Assembly: GCA_019416285.1 (NCBI GenBank)
Contig: DXXM01000012.1
Span: forward strand, 12,360 to 76,359
DNA from: Bacteroidales bacterium
Lineage (GTDB): Bacteria > Bacteroidota > Bacteroidia > Bacteroidales > Muribaculaceae
Direction: 5' to 3'
DNA length: 64,000 nucleotides
Positions 60,530 through 64,000 of the stretch are shown piece after piece. A program made the position numbers and the translations under genes. The notes under the pieces were generated by a model. That model made no database searches. It had not been told where the DNA came from and was given only the letters and a program-made list of their open reading frames with translations. Numbering within the stretch: position 1 is the first letter of the stretch; the number at the start of each line of letters is the position of its first letter.

Positions 60530-61702
60530 TCAGCCGACGATGGAGGGGGCGATTATGGTACCGGTCGGGATTGCGGCGAGAATTGAGCCGCCGATGCCGT
60601 CGAAAGTTGTGATGACGGTGCTGTAATAATAGGTGGATTCTCCGGAATGGTCGGCGATGGCGAGGAGGACAACGGCGCCTATGATGAAGAAGGCTTCGAG
60701 GATTACTGAGGTGATTATAGTGGCCTTGGAGGGGGCTTTGAGCTTCAGGAGCGGTATGGCGGAGTAGCGGGCGATGAGGAAGAAGGGAATGAGTACGGCG
60801 AAGAGGGTGCAGATGCGGCCGCAGGCCTCGATGACAGGTGAGTTGGTCTCGAAGAAGTCGAGTCCTTCGAGAATATCGGGGATTCCGGCGACAGAGAAGA
60901 GTGTGATGCCTGCTATGGCAGCGAGGATTGCTCCGATGAGTGCTATGGCGCCGAGCCCGAAGATGATGGCGAAGAAGCCGAGGATGAATTTGGCGACAAT
61001 GGAGAAAAAGGTGTTGATGAAGTTGGAGAACGACGAGGCATTGTCGGATGGCACGGGGGCGGCGGGGGGAGTGGCGTTGTTGATTACGGTCTGACCGACG
61101 TTGTCGAGTGTCACGGGCTGTCCCTGCATCTCGAGAATCTCGCGGGGCGTGCGGGCCACGGGGATAATCATCCAGGCGAGGAGATAGATAATGACGCAGG
61201 GCCAGAAGTAGGTGCAGACGGTGAGTACCACGGCGAGTATACGCATGACGGTGACATCCCAGCCGGTGTATTGCGCGAGACCGGCGATGACTCCTCCGAA
61301 CACTTCATGACGCACGTCGCGGTAGAGTCGCTTGTGGATGGGAGGAGGGGGCATACTTCCTTCGGTCGCGCCGTTGTGGGGCGGGGGAGGACAGGCGCCG
61401 GGTTCGGTGGAGTCGGCGCCGCGGTCCGAGGCTTCGTTTTCGGAGTCGGAGAGCTCTTCGGGGCGGCCCATGGTCTCGATGACACGGTTGACATCCTCAA
61501 GTACGATGACGTTGGCTCCGAGACGGACGCGCTCGTCGAAATGTTCGGAAATGCGCGACTCGATGTCGCCGACAATCTCTTCGCCCTCCTCGCCGGGGAA
61601 GGTGGCACGGAGCTGTGAGAGATAGTCGAGGAGAAGTTTGTAGGCGTCTTCGTCGATGTAGAAAATGTTGCCGTTTATGTTGACGGGAAAAGTCTTTTTC
61701 AT
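60530..61702 (-). CDS. PspC domain-containing membrane protein
   Basis: MKKTFPVNING...DIESRI; KRLYRD....FGGVIAGLA...YLLAWMIIP; start overlaps the padR stop (ATGA). Confidence 0.9.
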   Translation of the reverse strand: MKKTFPVNINGNIFYIDEDAYKLLLDYLSQLRATFPGEEGEEIVGDIESRISEHFDERVRLGANVIVLEDVNRVIETMGRPEELSDSENEASDRGADSTEPGACPPPPHNGATEGSMPPPPIHKRLYRDVRHEVFGGVIAGLAQYTGWDVTVMRILAVVLTVCTYFWPCVIIYLLAWMIIPVARTPREILEMQGQPVTLDNVGQTVINNATPPAAPVPSDNASSFSNFINTFFSIVAKFILGFFAIIFGLGAIALIGAILAAIAGITLFSVAGIPDILEGLDFFETNSPVIEACGRICTLFAVLIPFFLIARYSAIPLLKLKAPSKATIITSVILEAFFIIGAVVLLAIADHSGESTYYYSTVITTFDGIGGSILAAIPTGTIIAPSIVG

Positions 61703-62070
61703 TGTTGGGTGGTGTTGGTGGTGATGGTGAGAGATGTTGAAACTGTGTCGGAGAGAAGGAGGTTGACGGAGCGGGCTATTTCGTCCCACGAGGTCTGGAG
61801 CTGCCGGAGAAATTCAAGTCCCATCGGGGTGATGGAGTAGTATTTCCTCGGGGGGCCCTGCATCGATTCTTCCCAGCGGTAGGCGAGGAGTCCGTCGTTT
61901 TTGAGTCGGGTGAGGAGCGGATATAGGGTGCCTTCCATCACTATGAGGTGCGCGTCTTTCAGTCGGGAAATCATCTCGGAAGCGTAGGCATCGTCCTTTT
62001 TGAGAAGAAGGAGCACACAGAATTCGAGCATCCCTTTTCGCATCTGTGATTTTAGATTGTCTATGTTCAT
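61699..62070 (-). CDS. PadR-family transcriptional regulator
   Basis: QMRKGMLE, EGTLYPLLTRL, GPPRKYY. Confidence 0.93.
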   Translation of the reverse strand: MNIDNLKSQMRKGMLEFCVLLLLKKDDAYASEMISRLKDAHLIVMEGTLYPLLTRLKNDGLLAYRWEESMQGPPRKYYSITPMGLEFLRQLQTSWDEIARSVNLLLSDTVSTSLTITTNTTQQ

Positions 62071-62148
62071 TGATTCACTTGTGAGGTTAGAGTTTTGTTG
62101 AAGGTGTTTTGAAAGGGCGGGAGAGTGCACTTCTCCCTGTCGACGTTG

Positions 62149-62189
62149 CAAAGGTATGAACTTATAAGGTACTATGCAATACAAGGTAC
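62149..62189 (-). promoter_or_regulatory. padR promoter with candidate operator
   Basis: TACCTTTG -7 box (62149-62156, minus strand); imperfect palindrome GTACTATGCAATACAAGGTAC (62169-62189) over the -33 region. Confidence 0.6.
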
Positions 62190-62414
62190 TATTAAATAAC
62201 AAAATTTAACAATTGCAAACATGAGAGCGCCGAAGGCTGTCAGGGCTGACGTGGAGGAAGGAGCATGGGCAGAAATAGCTGATAATGTTGCAGATTTGTG
62301 GAATAATTTGTAATTTTGCAATTAATCAGGCGGTTTCAATATGGAATTGTCAACGATTTTAAGGTAAAACTGACAAATTTTATTATATAACACGTATCAT
62401 TTTTCTTATTTCTT

Positions 62415-63302
62415 ATGGCGACAGAGCATTTGCGAGGTATGGGGGTGGCGCTTACGACGCCCTTCCTCGAAAACGGAGATATAGACTACCACACGCTCGA
62501 CATGCACCTTGACTATCTGATAGATGGCCATACAGATTATATTGTTGCTCTCGGTACGACAGCCGAAACACCGACCCTAACTCCCGAGGAGAAACACGAG
62601 CTTGCACTGCATATACTTGACTATGTGAACCACCGCTGCCCGGTGGTGATAGGTATCGGTGGCAATTCCACCCGCTCAGTGGTGAAAGAGCTGGCCGAGA
62701 CCGAGCGCCTGGAGGAGTTTGACGCCATCCTCTCGGTGGTGCCCTATTACAATAAACCCACCCAGGAGGGCATGTATCGCCATTTCGCAGAGATTGCGAA
62801 GGCTTCGCCCATTCCTGTGATTCTATATAATATTCCCGGCCGCACTGGTGTGAACATGAACACGGACACCATTATCCGCCTTGCAAGGGAATTTCAGGGC
62901 AAGATTATCGGTGTGAAGGAGGCGAGCGGCAATATGCAGCAGGCTCAGGAGGTGATTACACGCCGTCCGGAGGGCTTCCTGGTGATTTCTGGCGACGATT
63001 CGCTCGCCCACAGCATGATCCGCATCGGTGGCGACGGTGTGATTTCGGTGCTCGGCAACGCTTATCCCTCGCAGTTTGTGGAGATGATTCACCGCAGCAT
63101 GGAGGATGAGACTCCTGAAGGTGCGGCAAAGCTCCACCAGCAGTTTTCGGCGCTTTATTCGCTGCTGTTCAAGGACGGCAATCCGGCGGGTATAAAGTGT
63201 ATGCTCCACATACTTTTCCCGCGATACAAGGAAGTGTTGCGTCTGCCGCTCGTGCCGGTCACTGACGAGACGCGCCGCGGACTGGAGCGAGAGAAACTCT
63301 GA
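62415..63302 (+). CDS. dapA: 4-hydroxy-tetrahydrodipicolinate synthase
   Basis: ALTTPF, LGTTAE, PYYNKP, LYNIPGRTG, GVKEASG, SGDD; TAATTTTG box at 62311-62318. Confidence 0.96.
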   Translation: MATEHLRGMGVALTTPFLENGDIDYHTLDMHLDYLIDGHTDYIVALGTTAETPTLTPEEKHELALHILDYVNHRCPVVIGIGGNSTRSVVKELAETERLEEFDAILSVVPYYNKPTQEGMYRHFAEIAKASPIPVILYNIPGRTGVNMNTDTIIRLAREFQGKIIGVKEASGNMQQAQEVITRRPEGFLVISGDDSLAHSMIRIGGDGVISVLGNAYPSQFVEMIHRSMEDETPEGAAKLHQQFSALYSLLFKDGNPAGIKCMLHILFPRYKEVLRLPLVPVTDETRRGLEREKL

Positions 63303-63350
63303 TATGATTCGCATCTGCGGTCCCGGGCTGCGGACAGATGATAAAAAGCT

Positions 63351-63385
63351 AAAGGAACCTTCCCTGACGGGGAGGCTCCTTTTTT
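63351..63385. terminator. Terminator between dapA and the M23 gene
   Basis: AAAGGAACCTTCCC-tgac-GGGGAGGCTCCTTTTTT. Confidence 0.75.
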
Positions 63386-63399
63386 ATGAGGGGGGGAAT

Positions 63400-63444
63400 T
63401 ATAGAGTTGATAGGAGTAATGGGGGAGATAGGAGTAATAGGGGG
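63400..63444. repeat. 9-bp-period array
   Basis: TATAGAGTT GATAGGAGT AATGGGGGA GATAGGAGT AATAGGGGG. Confidence 0.8.
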
Positions 63445-63445
63445 G

Positions 63446-64000
63446 TTATCTTTTTGCGCGGGTGCGGCGTTTGCGGGCGGCGTAAGTGCGGGTTTTGCGC
63501 TTGGCCTTGGTGTATTTCTGTGATTTGCCGTAGGTCTTTTTGTCGAAAGCGAAGAGGTCTTTGTGGGGTACGCCGTTTTCAAAGTCGATGATGGCGGCGG
63601 GGTTGATGGGTATGCCGAGATAGCGGGTCTCGAAGTGGAGGTGTGCGCCGGTGCTGCGTCCGGTGTTGCCTCCGAGGGCTATGGGGTCGCCTGCCTTTAC
63701 GAACTGGTTGGGTTTTACGAGGAAGCGGCTGAGGTGGCCGTAGACGGTCTCAAGTCCGTTATCGTGGCGGATTACCACGTAGTAGCCGTAGCCGCGGCCT
63801 TCGTATTTGGTGAGGCGGACTTTTCCGGTGAAAGCTGCGCGGACGGTGTCGCCTACCTGGAGTTTGAGGTCAATGCCGTAGTGCATGCGTCCGAAGCGTG
63901 AGCGGTAGCCGTAGTTGGAGGTTACGTGGCCGGGGGTTGGAGTGGTGTATTCGGAAACGTCGATGTCGTGGTGTTCGGGGATTGTGACGGCGGTTCCGTA
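63446..64000 (-). CDS. M23-family metallopeptidase (5' end outside window)
   Basis: Frame open to the window end; TSNYGYR..RMHYGIDL, YGHLS, GNTGRSTGAHLHFE. Confidence 0.92.
   Translation of the reverse strand, partial: YGTAVTIPEHHDIDVSEYTTPTPGHVTSNYGYRSRFGRMHYGIDLKLQVGDTVRAAFTGKVRLTKYEGRGYGYYVVIRHDNGLETVYGHLSRFLVKPNQFVKAGDPIALGGNTGRSTGAHLHFETRYLGIPINPAAIIDFENGVPHKDLFAFDKKTYGKSQKYTKAKRKTRTYAARKRRTRAKR

Overview
GC-rich Bacteroidales chromosomal window; Muribaculaceae is my inference from gene content, GC level and TAnnTTTG promoters. In order it carries: bioF (partial) and bioA; two small outer-membrane beta-barrels; an 18-gene, 17.7 kb same-strand bioenergetic cluster in which the full F1Fo ATP synthase set (atpDCBEFHAG) sits between nuoH and nuoI of a complex I-like operon lacking nuoEFG; murI; a DUF4493/PCMD-type lipoprotein; a DUF4923-like protein; two convergent GT2 genes; an orphan SusC/SusD pair; nnr; a DUF4831-like protein; an isolated two-gene phage-derived module (845-aa probable tail nozzle/hub-like protein plus an intact large terminase) with no other phage genes; a histone H1-like gene; an M16 peptidase; rimP-nusA-infB-folK; an orphan HigA-like N-terminal peptide; hpf and xerC; an AraC/TPR regulator-SusC-SusD-TlpA cluster; a padR-pspC-OM barrel operon; dapA; and a partial M23 peptidase. 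The top leads are the possibly domesticated terminase module (GTA-like or cryptic), the atp-inside-nuo super-operon, and a dispersed family of degenerate 9-bp-period arrays, one of them in frame inside a gene. Family names come from motif recognition by eye; no searches were run.
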